Part shown: in pieces, positions 47,501 through 57,039 of the stretch | How positions within the stretch are numbered: the first letter of the stretch is position 1 | How the letters are laid out: every line of letters starts with the position of its first letter | Source: Bacteroidota bacterium | Lineage (GTDB): Bacteria; Bacteroidota; Bacteroidia; JABDFU01 | Assembly (NCBI GenBank): GCA_013286385.1 | Contig: JABDFU010000002.1 | Location: 20,575-84,574, forward strand | Direction: 5' to 3' | DNA length: 64,000 nucleotides | Position numbers and translations under genes: made by a program | The notes under the pieces: model-generated | Told to the model about the DNA's origin: nothing | Databases searched by the model: none | The model's input: only the letters and a program-made list of their open reading frames with translations

Positions 47501-50500
47501 ATACGTGTACGGCAGCGTCCCGCCCGCAGGAGTTACGCTGATACTGCCGTTGCTTCCCTTGTTGCAAAACACATTGTTGACTACATGAAGTTGCCCCTGC
47601 AGCAGCAGTGGTTCTGTTATTGTTACCGTATCCAGAGCAGTACAGGAGTTGGCATCGGTCAGTGTAAAATAATACTGTCCTTTGGCAAGATTTGAAATTG
47701 AAGAAACTGTTGAGCCTGTGGACCAGCTGTAGGTATAGGCCGGAGTTCCTCCCCCTGCAAAGGCGCTTGCCGTTCCTGAGGCTCCTCCAAAGCAGGAAAC
47801 ATTCTGCCGGTTTACCAAAATCGAAAACGGACCCGGTTGAGTTACAGTTGCAGAAGCGGTAGCTGTACAGGACTGTCCGTCCGTTACGGTAATGGTGTAG
47901 GTGCCTGCCGCAACCAACGAAGTGGTGATGCCGGTTCCTCCCGAAGGTGACCAGGAATAGGCATACGGAAGAGATCCTGCATTGGGGACTGCTGTAACCA
48001 TTCCATTGCTTCCGCCCGGACAACTCACCGGACTGGCCGTGGCAACAACATTCGGGGGCAAGGCAAAATTATCCAGCGTCAGGGTACGGGTATCTGTACA
48101 ACTGAATGCATCTGTAACCGTAACCGTATAGGTACCCGGCGAAAGATTGTTGGCAACAGAATCGGTACTCACCGAAGGACTCCAGGCGTAGGCATAAGGT
48201 CTTACTCCTCCGAAAATGCTGATTGATACACTGCCGTTGGGAAGCAGGCATTTCGGATTCTGAATGACAGGGGGCATTATAAAAGGGGTGGAAGATGGTG
48301 TAATCGAAAAAATCTGAGCGGTGTCGCAGCCATTGGTATCGGTAACTTCGACAATATAGGTACCCGGACTCAGGTTGCTTTCTACCTGTCCGGTGCCTGC
48401 GAAACTCCAGGTATAAAAATACCCGGGAGTACCGCCTCCGGGTATAGCCGTTACCACATAGTTATTGCTTCCGCTACAGGCAACTTTTGTTACCGACAGG
48501 TTGACCGTAACCTTTTCGGGTTGTCCAACCTGAACCGAATCAACCAAAATACATCCGCTGATATGAATATCCGTGATGGTAACGGTATACATACCGGGAA
48601 CAAGATTCACCTGACTCTGATTGGTATTGTTTCCGGGAGCCCAGTTGTACGTGAATACCCCCGAGCCCCCGTTTGCAGTAACACTGGCCTGTCCGTTTAC
48701 GTCCCCGTAACAGGTGACGGGGACCGAAGACATCGCGGCTGTGATACCGTTGCTTAAAGTGATGGAAGCTGAATCCAGCGTACTGCATCCGTTTGCGTCT
48801 GTGATGTAGACGTACTCCTTACCGGGTAACAGGCCTTTTATGGTATCGTTGGCTGAATAAACCGGAGACCAGGAATAGGTATACGATCCGGTACCTCCGC
48901 TGGCAGTTGCCCAGGCTTCCCCGTTCGAACTGCCGCAACTGGCCAGTTTAACCCCGGTGGTTCCGCTGATTTTGGAGGGCTGAGAAACCGATCCCAGGGC
49001 TGAAATGCTGCAACCTTTGCTATCTGTGACAGTCACCGCATAAGCACCGGCAGCCACATGAGCGAGGGTATCTGATGTCCCGGATCCCGGTATCCAGGAA
49101 TACGAGTACGGTTCGTTTCCTCCGACGGGGCTTATCCAGATAGCGCCGCTGCTATCTCCGAAGCAGGTAAGGCTCCTGGTCGAAATCCCTGCGCTCAGCG
49201 CCAGGGGTTGGGTAAGAACAGCAGAATCCATGGACGAACAAAAGGTATTGACGGCATCCGTCACTTTTACGTAATAAGTTCCCGGAGAAAGTCCGCTGAT
49301 GGTGCTTCCGGTGCTGCCTCCGGTCCAGGAATACCGGTAACTTCCGGAGCCTCCGCTGGCGCTTGCAGAAATGCTGCCGTTCGACAGGCCGTTGCAACTG
49401 ATATTCTGCGGGGTCAATGTAATGACAATGCCATTGGGCTCGGTAATTTTTGCCGAATCTTTCGTCGTACAGCCGTTGTTATCTGTGACGGTTACAAAAT
49501 AGGTCCCTTTATAAAGTGAACTGATGGCGGCTGAACTTGATCCCGTACTCCACAGATAGGTATATGGGGCAACGGCACCGCTAACACTGACCCCGGCAGT
49601 TCCGAAATCTGATCCGCATGCGGTATTGGTATGATTCATCGTGAGATTCATCCCGGAAGGCTGAGTAAGGCTAATCGATCGTGTTGCAGAACAACCGTTT
49701 GCATCTGTTGCGTTGACGGTATATGTTCCCGGACTTAGATTTTTCAGCGTATCGGCAAGAACAAGTCCGGGGTTCCAGGTGAACTGGTAGGCTCCGGTTC
49801 CTCCGCTGCCTGAAATACTTACCTGACCATTGCCGTAACCGAAGCAACTGATATCCGATGAGTCCGCTTTCAAAACAAAAGCGGCCGGTTGTGTGATCGG
49901 GGCCGCACTTACAGAGGTGCAGCCATTTGCATCGGTTACCGTAACCGAATACGTGGCAGGGCTTAGATCTGAAAGTGAATTTCCGGTTGAAGCATTCGAC
50001 CAGAGGTAGGTATATGGGTTGGTTCCGCCCGAAACAACAAGGCCGGCTGTTCCGTTTGAATTACCGAAACAATTGATGTTGACTGCATTTACGGTAGAAA
50101 CCAAAAGCCCGGGCTGAGTGATCCGGATGGTATCCGATACGAAACAGGCTGCGTTGGCGGCATCGGTTACTGTAACGCTGTAAAGCGAGGGTGATAATCC
50201 ATTGATTGCTGCAGAGCTATAGCCGCCAGGGCTCCAGCTGTAAACATAGGTACCCGAACCTCCGGTTGCCACCACGGTCGCCGTACCATTGGCAGCCGAA
50301 TTGCACAGTACATTTGTCCGGCTGATGCTGTTTAGTGCAACGGGATTGGGTTCACTAATTTGTACGGAGTCAACAGCGCTGCAGCCTTTTTTATCGGTAA
50401 CGGTGACCGTGTAGGTTCCTTTGGAGAGATTTACAAGACTGTCAGCAGTGCCTGTAACCGGAGCCCATTGATAGGTATAGGAACCGTTACTGCCTGAAGC

Positions 50501-53500
50501 GTGCACGTAAGCTTTTCCTGTAGCCAGCCCACAGTCTGTATTGACAAGGCTTGTGCCAAGCGAAAGAAGAGTTGGGTTGATCACATGTGTAGAGTCCGAA
50601 ACGGTGCATCCATTCGCATCTGTAACGGTGAGGGTATAGGTTCCCGCGGACAGGTTGCCTGCTGTTGAAGTTGCACCGCCACCAGGCATCCAGGAATAGG
50701 TGTAGGCACCGGCTCCTCCGCTTACGCTTGCAAAGGCCGAGCCGTCCGTACCTCCGTTGCAACTCGGGCTTACAGAGTCTGCGCGTATCAAAATCTGCGT
50801 GGGCAGATTCAGCAGTACCGAGTCCTTCAGGCTGCAATTGTTGCTATCGCTGACCAGTACATAATACTGGCCCTCGTTTAACCCACTGATGGCACTGCTT
50901 CCCTGACCTGTAAAAGCTGATGATCCCGAACTTTTTTCTGACCAGGTATAGGAATAAGGCAGGCTGCCTCCACTGACCGAAATCTGTGCAGCGCCGTTGG
51001 CTGCATTGAAACAACTCAGTGCGGTTCCTGTTATCGTTGCTGCCAAAGCAGCAGGCTGGCTTACACTGGCAGTGGCGGTATTGACACAGCCATTCTGGTC
51101 ATGAACAGTCACGGTATAGGTTCCGGGTGCCAGTCCCGACAAGGTATCCTGGGCAGCTCCTGAGAAACTCCAGGAATAGGAGTAAGGTGCGGCAGCGCCT
51201 GAAGCATTCACCCAGACTTTTGCGTTTGAAAAATTAAAACAGCTCACATTAACGGAGTCGGTTTTCAGACTTACAACCGGATAAGCCAGATTGATCTGTC
51301 CCAGCGTATCGCAGCCCGAAGTTGTATTGGTAACCTTAACCTGGTAGAGCCCCGGGGCCAATCCTGTAATGGTGTCGCTTGTACTTCCGGTAGGTGTCCA
51401 TACGACGCTGAAAGGAGGAGGTCCTCCGGTAATCGTCACATAAGCCTCCCCGTTATCCAGGTAACAGGTCGGATTCTTTCCGTTCACAGCAATCCTGAAA
51501 GGCGGAGGTTCGGTAATGGTAATGGATTTGGTAATGGTGCAGCCATTGGCATCCGTTACAGTCAGCGTATACGTTCCGGGACCCAGTCCCCCTATTGTAT
51601 CGCCGGGACCACCGGCCGGAGCCCAGTTATACGTATAAGCCGGAGTGCCTCCTCCTGCCCTGGCTCCAATACCTCCGTTGTAAGCTCCAATGCAGCTGAC
51701 ATTGACTGAATCCAGGGTAAGGGTTAACGGAGGTGGTTGCAGGACAGTTACGGACTGGGTCGTCGTGCAACCGTTCGCATCCGAAACACTGACTACATAC
51801 GTACCTGCCGGGATGCCTGTTTCATTCGATCCGTTCCCTCCTCCGGGTGTCCAGTTGTAGGTGTAGGCAGGTGTTCCGCCGTTTACATGGGCGGTCACCG
51901 AACCGGTGTTCTGGCCATTACAGCCCAGATTGGTATGCGTGGGTGCAGCTGTCAGCGGATTGGGCTGGGTCACATTGATGACTACAGAAGCTGTGCAGCC
52001 GGGGTTTACGGCGTCGGAAACAGTTACGGTATACGTGCCGGCAGCCAATCCGGAGAGGGATGAAGAGACTCCTCCTGCGGGAGCCCAGTTGTAATTGTAG
52101 CTTCCCGTTCCTCCAGTGGCAACAACACTTGCTGTGCCGTTCCCGGAGCCGTTACAGCTAAGGTCAGTTTTCGATCCGGTCAGACTGAGCGGGTCTGCCA
52201 CTGCGATCGTAACGGTCTGAAAAACTGTACAGCCGTTGGCATCGGTTACAGTTACTACATAGGAGCCTGGTGCCAGTCCCGATTCAGATGAGGTGACTCC
52301 TCCGCTGCTCCAGTTGTAGGTATAAGGCAGCGTTCCTCCGGCGGGGGTAACCGTAGAGCTTCCGTTGGAAACTCCGCAGGAGGCGTTCGTTGCAGATTGT
52401 GTAAAACTCAGCTGCGCGGGCTGTGTAATTGAAACCGACAGGGTAGAGGAGCACCCGTTTGCATCCTTAATTAAAACCGTATAGGTATTTGCTGCAAGTC
52501 CGCTGGCTGTTGCAGCAGCTCCGCCGCCGGGTGACCAGGAATAGGTAAGTGTGCCGGTTCCACCTGATGCGCTGACCGAAGCCGATCCGTTTGTCAATCC
52601 GAAGCAGCTGACATTTTTCTGTGCGTTCACGGAGACATTGAGTGCCGAGCCCTGCGTAATGTTGACTGCGGATGAACCCGTGCACCCATTCGCATCTGTT
52701 ACAGTCAGTGTGTAGCCTCCAACCCCAAGTCCGGAAAGGGAAGGGGAGGTCGTGCCGGTGCTCCAGCTATAGGTGTAAGCCGGAGTTCCTCCAAGGGAAG
52801 CAGATGAAGCCGTTCCGTCATTGCTTCCGTTACAGGTAATGTTTACGGCAGTTACATTGGGGTTAAGGGGCGGTGGTTGCGTAATCGTAATTATTTCAGA
52901 GCTTGAACAGGCTGCATTCGCTGCGTCACTGACCGTCACCGAATACGTTCCGGCAGACAGCCCTGAGGCCAGTGGCCCGGCGCCTCCTGAAGGGGCCCAG
53001 GTATAGTTGTAGGCTCCCGAACCTCCGCTTGCTGCAATGCTGATGGATCCGCTGGAAGCCCCGTTGCAATTGATATTGGCGGCGACCGGGGTAACGGATA
53101 AGGGATCTGAAACCGCAATCACCACAGTCGCTGTCTGCGAACAGAGGTTGGCGTCGTTCACGACAACGGTATACGTTCCGGGAGCGAGGCTGCTAACTGC
53201 AGCCGTAGTTGCGGAAGTTGTCCAGGCATAGACGTACGGAGAAAGGCCTCCGCCGGGGGTGACCGTTGCTGTTCCGTTATCAGAACCGCAACTTGCATTG
53301 GTGCCGGTCATGCTCAGACTTAAATTAGGAGGCTGGGTCAGGCTGACAGTTGAAGTCGCTGTGCAACCTCCGGCATCTGTTACTGAAACGGTATAGGTAT
53401 TGGCTCCCAATCCGCCCGCTGTTGCAGCGTTCCCACCCGAAGGGGACCAGTTATAGGTATACGGCCCTGTTCCACCGCCGGCCGTAACGACGGCCTGGCC

Positions 53501-56500
53501 GCTTGTCTGACCGAAACACTTGATGTTGGTTCCTGAAGTGTTTGCTGTCACAAGTGATCCGGGGTTTACCGTTGCGGCTGCTGTTTTTGTGCAGCCGTTT
53601 GCATCTGTGACTGTTACCGTGTATCCTCCGGGACTCAGACCAGAAATCGAACTGCTGCTGCCCGAATTCGACCACTGATAGGTATAGGGAGAAGTTCCTC
53701 CTGTTGAATTCACCGTCACGCTTCCATTGTCCGAACCCGAGCAGGTATTGCCAACGGTTGTCAGAGGGGCTGTCAGGACAGCGGGCTGTGTTATCACAGC
53801 CGTTGCGGCAGCTGAACAGGAAGGTGTACTATCGTCAATAACGGTAACCGTATATGTTCCCGGTGCCAATCCCGAAGCGACCGATGTTGTTCCGCCCGAA
53901 GGAGCCCAGTTGAAGCTGTACCCTCCGCTGCCTCCTGTAATATTCAGGACAACTTTGCCGTTTGCCGCTCCGTTACAGGAATTATCTGTTACAGTTGGTG
54001 TAACCGACAAGGGGTTCGAAAGTATTACGGTAAGCGCATCTGTCATCGTACAGCCATCCGCATCGGTAACAGTAACCGAAAATGTGCCCGGATTTAGCCC
54101 GCCCGAAACAGCGCTGGTGGCTGAATTCGACCAGAGGTAGGTGTAGGGTAACGTTCCGCCGGCGGGTGCCACGCTTACCGAACCGTTGGCCAAACCGCAG
54201 CCGGCATTAGCAGATGAGGGATTCAGCACCATAGCAGGAGGCTGGGTAATTGTGGAACTCGAAGCAGAGGTGCATCCGTTCACATCCGTAACCGTAACCG
54301 AATAGGTGCCCGGCGCTAAATTGCTTTCCGTAGCACCTGCGCCTCCACCCGGAGACCAGTTGTATGAATAGGCCGGAGTTCCGGCTGTTGCAGTAACGGC
54401 GACTGCTCCGTTATCGGCCCCAAAGCAACTGACGTTAGAAGGCGTGCTGGCAATGGCAACGGGAGGATTGTACAGATTTGTTTCTGCGACGGCCGTGGTA
54501 CTCGTACATCCTTTGCTGTCAGTGACGGTAACGGTATAGGTTCCTGCAGCAAGATTGCTTGCCGTAGCTGTTGTTCCTCCAGAGGGGGCCCAGTCATAGG
54601 TCAGCGGGGCGGTCCCGCCTACAGTCGTAATCGAAATTTTTCCATTCGAAAGTTCACAGGTCTCTTTGGTTATAACCGGTGTGTTTATGAAAATCGGAGG
54701 AGCTTCAGAAATGGTGACATTGGCATAATACTCACAGCCGTTCGCGTCCGTAAGTTTTATCGTAAATATTCCCGGGCCCAGGCCTGTTGCCGTTGCAGTT
54801 GTCTGTGCGGGCACTGTGTTCCAGGAATAAGTATAAGCTCCGGTTCCTCCCGAAGGAACCAAGGTTGCCGTTCCGTCATTTGTTCCGCTGCAACTACTGT
54901 TGGTAAAGCTTGTTGTTCCTCCAAGCTGGGTTGGCTGGGTAATTGCGATTACCGTTGATTCGCTGCAGCCACTGTTATCGGTTACGGTCAGGCTGTAATT
55001 GCCCGCGGTCAGGCCAAATATTGTATCATTGATGCTCAGACTCGGTTTCCAGGCATATACATACGGTGGTTTGCCTCCGTCAGGTGTTACCCATGCTTTT
55101 CCGTTATTCCCTCCGAAACAAGTAACGTTGTTGCCGGCAGTGCCCTTTATCACGGGCGGGGGCTGGGTAATGGTGATAGCCGAACTGGCTGTACAACCCC
55201 TGGCATCGGTAACGGTTACCGAATACGTGCCTGCAGCCAACGAACTGATACCCGGTCCGGTCTGTCCACCCGACCAGAGGTAGGTATAGGCCGTTGTTCC
55301 TCCATTGGCACTGAGTGAAGCTGTGCCGTTAGGGACAGCATTGCAGTTTAAATTTGTTCCGGCTACAGAAACCGTCAGCAGAGGAGGTTGCGTAATGTTT
55401 ACGCTTACAGTTCTTGTGCAACCATTGGCATCGCTTACTGTTGCCGTATACGATCCGGCAGGCAGACCGCTTGCATTGGCACTGTTGCCTCCGACGGGTG
55501 TCCAGGAATAGGTATACGCTCCTGCGCCACCTCCCGCTGTAAGACTCGCTGTGCCTGTAGAAGTTCCAAAACAGGTAACATTTGCAGATGTTGCAGAAAC
55601 AGTAAGAAGCGGAGGTTGGGTAATCTGAACTGAACTGCTGGCTGTACAGCCTTCTGCATCTGTAACCGTAACGGTATAATTTCCGGCCCCGAGACCGCCC
55701 GGGTTAGCTATTGTCTGGGTCGTACCATTCCAGCTGTAGGTATAAGGGTTTGTTCCGCCTGATGTGTTTGTGCTTATGCTGCCGGTGGCGTTACCGTTGC
55801 AGAGCACATTGCCGGCAGTGGCTGAAATGCCCAGAACAGGAGGTTGGGTAATGACTGCTGAGGTTGTACCTGTGCAGCCTTTTGAATCGGTAACGGTAAG
55901 CGAATACGTCCCCGGGCCAATTCCTGTCAGGTTTGTATCCGTGCCCAGATTGCTCCAGCCGTAAGTGTACGGGCCTGTGCCGCCACTCACTGTACCCGAA
56001 ACGCTGCCATTCGAAAGCCCGAAGCAGCTGACATTTGCAGCCGTATTAGCAACGGTCAGTGCAGCATCAGCGACTATCGTTACAAAGGCTGTTTTTGTAC
56101 AGCCGTTCTGGTCTGTAACCTCCACTATATAAGCTCCGGCTTCCAGGCCTGTGGCCGTTTGTCCGGCAGAACCGCTGGTCCAGGAATAGGTGTAATTTCC
56201 GGTTCCCCCGGAGGGGTTGGCTGTAGCCGTTCCGTTAGCGCTGCCGGCGCAGGTTTCGGTTTGAGTTACCGAAACACCTATTGCAAGAGGTTGAGTGACC
56301 GAAACAGTAGCCGTGGCTGTGCAGCCCCCGCTATTGTCCATAACTGTTACCGTGTAGGTACCGGCGCTCAGTCCAGAAGAGGCCGAATCGAGCTCTGTAC
56401 CTGAATTCCAGCTGTAACTGTAGTTTCCGCTACCTCCTGAAACCAGAACCACAGTGTTTCCGTCAGCGCCCCCATTGCAGGAAACGGGGTTGGAGGAGGT

Positions 56501-56641
56501 TGTTAGATTAAGTGTACAAACAGGATACAGGGTTGAAATGAAGGCCGATGCTGAAGCAGATATAAATAAAGAAGCCCAGACCAACAGAGCGGCAGATCTG
56601 GCGTATTTCGAAAAAGCGCTTTGTTTAAAGGTAAGGTTCAC
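44513..56641 (-). CDS. giant cell-surface adhesin, 4042 aa: signal peptide, roughly four dozen SprB-type repeats, Ig-like and 2 PKD-like modules, type B T9SS sorting domain
   Basis: Uninterrupted 12.1-kb frame. GTG start, with signal-like KYARSAALLVWASLFISASASA. Repeat unit C.G..nG...v...GGt.pYtYsW.p.g.....l..L.aGtYtvtVtDanGC. C-terminus FTPNGDGLNDTF...IFDRWGNLIF...GWDG. Confidence 0.9.
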   Translation of the reverse strand: MNLTFKQSAFSKYARSAALLVWASLFISASASAFISTLYPVCTLNLTTSSNPVSCNGGADGNTVVLVSGGSGNYSYSWNSGTELDSASSGLSAGTYTVTVMDNSGGCTATATVSVTQPLAIGVSVTQTETCAGSANGTATANPSGGTGNYTYSWTSGSAGQTATGLEAGAYIVEVTDQNGCTKTAFVTIVADAALTVANTAANVSCFGLSNGSVSGTVSGGTGPYTYGWSNLGTDTNLTGIGPGTYSLTVTDSKGCTGTTSAVITQPPVLGISATAGNVLCNGNATGSISTNTSGGTNPYTYSWNGTTQTIANPGGLGAGNYTVTVTDAEGCTASSSVQITQPPLLTVSATSANVTCFGTSTGTASLTAGGGAGAYTYSWTPVGGNSANASGLPAGSYTATVSDANGCTRTVSVNITQPPLLTVSVAGTNLNCNAVPNGTASLSANGGTTAYTYLWSGGQTGPGISSLAAGTYSVTVTDARGCTASSAITITQPPPVIKGTAGNNVTCFGGNNGKAWVTPDGGKPPYVYAWKPSLSINDTIFGLTAGNYSLTVTDNSGCSESTVIAITQPTQLGGTTSFTNSSCSGTNDGTATLVPSGGTGAYTYSWNTVPAQTTATATGLGPGIFTIKLTDANGCEYYANVTISEAPPIFINTPVITKETCELSNGKISITTVGGTAPLTYDWAPSGGTTATASNLAAGTYTVTVTDSKGCTSTTAVAETNLYNPPVAIASTPSNVSCFGADNGAVAVTATAGTPAYSYNWSPGGGAGATESNLAPGTYSVTVTDVNGCTSASSSTITQPPAMVLNPSSANAGCGLANGSVSVAPAGGTLPYTYLWSNSATSAVSGGLNPGTFSVTVTDADGCTMTDALTVILSNPLSVTPTVTDNSCNGAANGKVVLNITGGSGGYSFNWAPSGGTTSVASGLAPGTYTVTVIDDSTPSCSAAATAVITQPAVLTAPLTTVGNTCSGSDNGSVTVNSTGGTSPYTYQWSNSGSSSSISGLSPGGYTVTVTDANGCTKTAAATVNPGSLVTANTSGTNIKCFGQTSGQAVVTAGGGTGPYTYNWSPSGGNAATAGGLGANTYTVSVTDAGGCTATSTVSLTQPPNLSLSMTGTNASCGSDNGTATVTPGGGLSPYVYAWTTSATTAAVSSLAPGTYTVVVNDANLCSQTATVVIAVSDPLSVTPVAANINCNGASSGSISIAASGGSGAYNYTWAPSGGAGPLASGLSAGTYSVTVSDAANAACSSSEIITITQPPPLNPNVTAVNITCNGSNDGTASSASLGGTPAYTYSWSTGTTSPSLSGLGVGGYTLTVTDANGCTGSSAVNITQGSALNVSVNAQKNVSCFGLTNGSASVSASGGTGTLTYSWSPGGGAAATASGLAANTYTVLIKDANGCSSTLSVSITQPAQLSFTQSATNASCGVSNGSSTVTPAGGTLPYTYNWSSGGVTSSESGLAPGSYVVTVTDANGCTVFQTVTIAVADPLSLTGSKTDLSCNGSGNGTASVVATGGTGSYNYNWAPAGGVSSSLSGLAAGTYTVTVSDAVNPGCTASVVINVTQPNPLTAAPTHTNLGCNGQNTGSVTAHVNGGTPAYTYNWTPGGGNGSNETGIPAGTYVVSVSDANGCTTTQSVTVLQPPPLTLTLDSVNVSCIGAYNGGIGARAGGGTPAYTYNWAPAGGPGDTIGGLGPGTYTLTVTDANGCTITKSITITEPPPFRIAVNGKNPTCYLDNGEAYVTITGGPPPFSVVWTPTGSTSDTITGLAPGLYQVKVTNTTSGCDTLGQINLAYPVVSLKTDSVNVSCFNFSNAKVWVNASGAAAPYSYSWSFSGAAQDTLSGLAPGTYTVTVHDQNGCVNTATASVSQPAALAATITGTALSCFNAANGAAQISVSGGSLPYSYTWSEKSSGSSAFTGQGSSAISGLNEGQYYVLVSDSNNCSLKDSVLLNLPTQILIRADSVSPSCNGGTDGSAFASVSGGAGAYTYSWMPGGGATSTAGNLSAGTYTLTVTDANGCTVSDSTHVINPTLLSLGTSLVNTDCGLATGKAYVHASGSNGSYTYQWAPVTGTADSLVNLSKGTYTVTVTDKKGCSAVDSVQISEPNPVALNSISRTNVLCNSAANGTATVVATGGSGTYVYSWSPGGYSSAAINGLSPSLYSVTVTDAANAACFVSDTIRITQPGLLVSTVNAVNINCFGNSNGTAGLVVSGGTNPYTYLWSNASTGNSLSDLSPATYSVTVTDANGCTSVSAAPITQPAAFVLKADSSDISCFGYGNGQVSISGSGGTGAYQFTWNPGLVLADTLKNLSPGTYTVNATDANGCSATRSISLTQPSGMNLTMNHTNTACGSDFGTAGVSVSGAVAPYTYLWSTGSSSAAISSLYKGTYFVTVTDNNGCTTKDSAKITEPNGIVITLTPQNISCNGLSNGSISASASGGSGSYRYSWTGGSTGSTISGLSPGTYYVKVTDAVNTFCSSMDSAVLTQPLALSAGISTRSLTCFGDSSGAIWISPVGGNEPYSYSWIPGSGTSDTLAHVAAGAYAVTVTDSKGCSISALGSVSQPSKISGTTGVKLASCGSSNGEAWATASGGTGSYTYSWSPVYSANDTIKGLLPGKEYVYITDANGCSTLDSASITLSNGITAAMSSVPVTCYGDVNGQASVTANGGSGVFTYNWAPGNNTNQSQVNLVPGMYTVTITDIHISGCILVDSVQVGQPEKVTVNLSVTKVACSGSNNYVVTAIPGGGTPGYFYTWSFAGTGQVESNLSPGTYIVEVTDTNGCDTAQIFSITPSSTPFIMPPVIQNPKCLLPNGSVSISIFGGVRPYAYAWSPSVSTDSVANNLSPGTYTVTVTDAFSCTDTRTLTLDNFALPPNVVATASPVSCPGGSNGMVTAVPNAGSLPYAYSWSPSGGTGITTSLVAAGTYTITVTDGQSCTATASATVTQPGPFSILVNRQNVSCFGGASGTASAFAGGGTPAYTYSWSTGSTVSSISNLAKGQYYFTLTDANSCTALDTVTITEPLLLQGQLHVVNNVFCNKGSNGSISVTPAGGTLPYTYSWSPVSVNDSTNANLPAGTYSLTITDNNGCTFDSSAVLTQPAAFAATVLQNNPRCFSDKNGSAYVTVSGATAPYIYSWQPMSNFTDSMTGQPAGSYTLNVFDSLGCTFSDTIVLVQPTQLNTSISQVNVSCAGAKTGSATAQASGGTPLYSYSWKTIAGSDSAAVKLAAGSYSVYVTDANGCLDSASATLTQPSPLTSTIAVSNLTCYQDSSGSANAIAGGGTGGYAYSWMPGNLTGGSVNYLLAGSYTLTITDLSGCSLADTVVITQPPAITDSMKIVNVLCFSKGTGSIQISAYGGNGGYSYSWNTGSSANLIPNLTSGVYTVTITDSKNCSIQDSAIVSQATQVAIASAGFPVGCYKSCNGQAVIIPSAGIKPYTVEWSTGSHNLSIDSLCIGTYSVQVTDANGCTNTTSIVITEPTALSLSGTSVTAHCNQNDGVLTVTASGATPPYSYLWKPGNDTASLIDSAYPGNYAVLVTDNNGCRDSLKLSVANAGGPKAAITSFSNVTCFGNCNGLASATASGGVGPYSYSWNTVPVQDTSAISDLCTGTYTVTVSDQFGCKDTARVKISSPSVLIVITSGDTNICIGQVAHLNAAATGGTPAYTFTWNNGLFTGANFSPNPTLTTTYTVIATDENGCPSNPVTITVHVKPPLDIQAQASPAGICPGSPAKLSVYASGGSGSYSFTWEPFNYTGDTITVAPEVTTTYTVVVNDGCTTPPDSALITVSVYSNPIVNFTANDTGACQNVCVSFTDKSTSPDGSAIQSWLWTFGDGKTSTQQNPSHCYDRVGKYTVSLRVTTSHGCTNVATKPDYITIEGLPVAGFVCNPNSVSVLAPFVNFQDKSSGAVTWKWNFGDGSEIDSMNYVQNPRHTYKDTGTYCVWQLVTNLYGCKDSAENCLVVYPQFTFYIPNAFTPNGDGLNDTFNGVGTYIKKYKMDIFDRWGNLIFETNSLSIGWDGRANYGSSVAQQDVYVWQVELTDVFDIYHTYIGDVTLLK
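45800..56520 (-). repeat. tandem array of about 45-48 SprB-type coding repeats (estimated from a ~76-aa period over ~3600 aa)
   Basis: The periodic motif is visible through nearly the whole translation. The count is an estimate, not an exact tally. Confidence 0.7.
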
Positions 56642-57039
56642 TTCATCGGTAATTTGTAAAAATTTCAGCTTTAAGTTAACGATTTAAATTCGCAATAACC
56701 AGCTTAAAATCTCTTCACTAAATTCAACCCATCAACACCCTGCAGAATCCCCCTACATGAAACCGGATTTATGAAAATTTCCTGATTCCACCCGTTTTTT
56801 TGTACGAAAAACAACCCCAAAAGTTGTAAGTGTTTGTAAAAATGATATAAGTTATTGGAAACCTTTGACATTGAATTTCGTAAACCAAGTCAGTGGGAAA
56901 AGTGCAGTTGTTTTTAGTCAGAAAGAAAGGGTTCCCCAATGAAACAGATTTATGTACTGGCGCTGATTGTGATACTACTGGTGGCATCCTGTAAAACAAC
57001 GACCTACCGAGGGGGATTTGCCTCCACTCATAAGGTCTG

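Noticed and set aside
45055-56404. Dozens of ORFs (up to 200 aa, e.g. 47421..48023) inside the 4042-aa gene
   Set aside because: They are in off-frame or antisense readings of SprB-repeat DNA. Their Arg/Cys/Gln-rich nonsense composition contrasts with the coherent repeat motif of the main frame.
45800-56520. Regular ~230-nt periodicity that could superficially suggest a CRISPR-like or satellite array
   Set aside because: The units are contiguous with no unique spacers, they are diverged, and they translate in one frame into SprB-type protein repeats.
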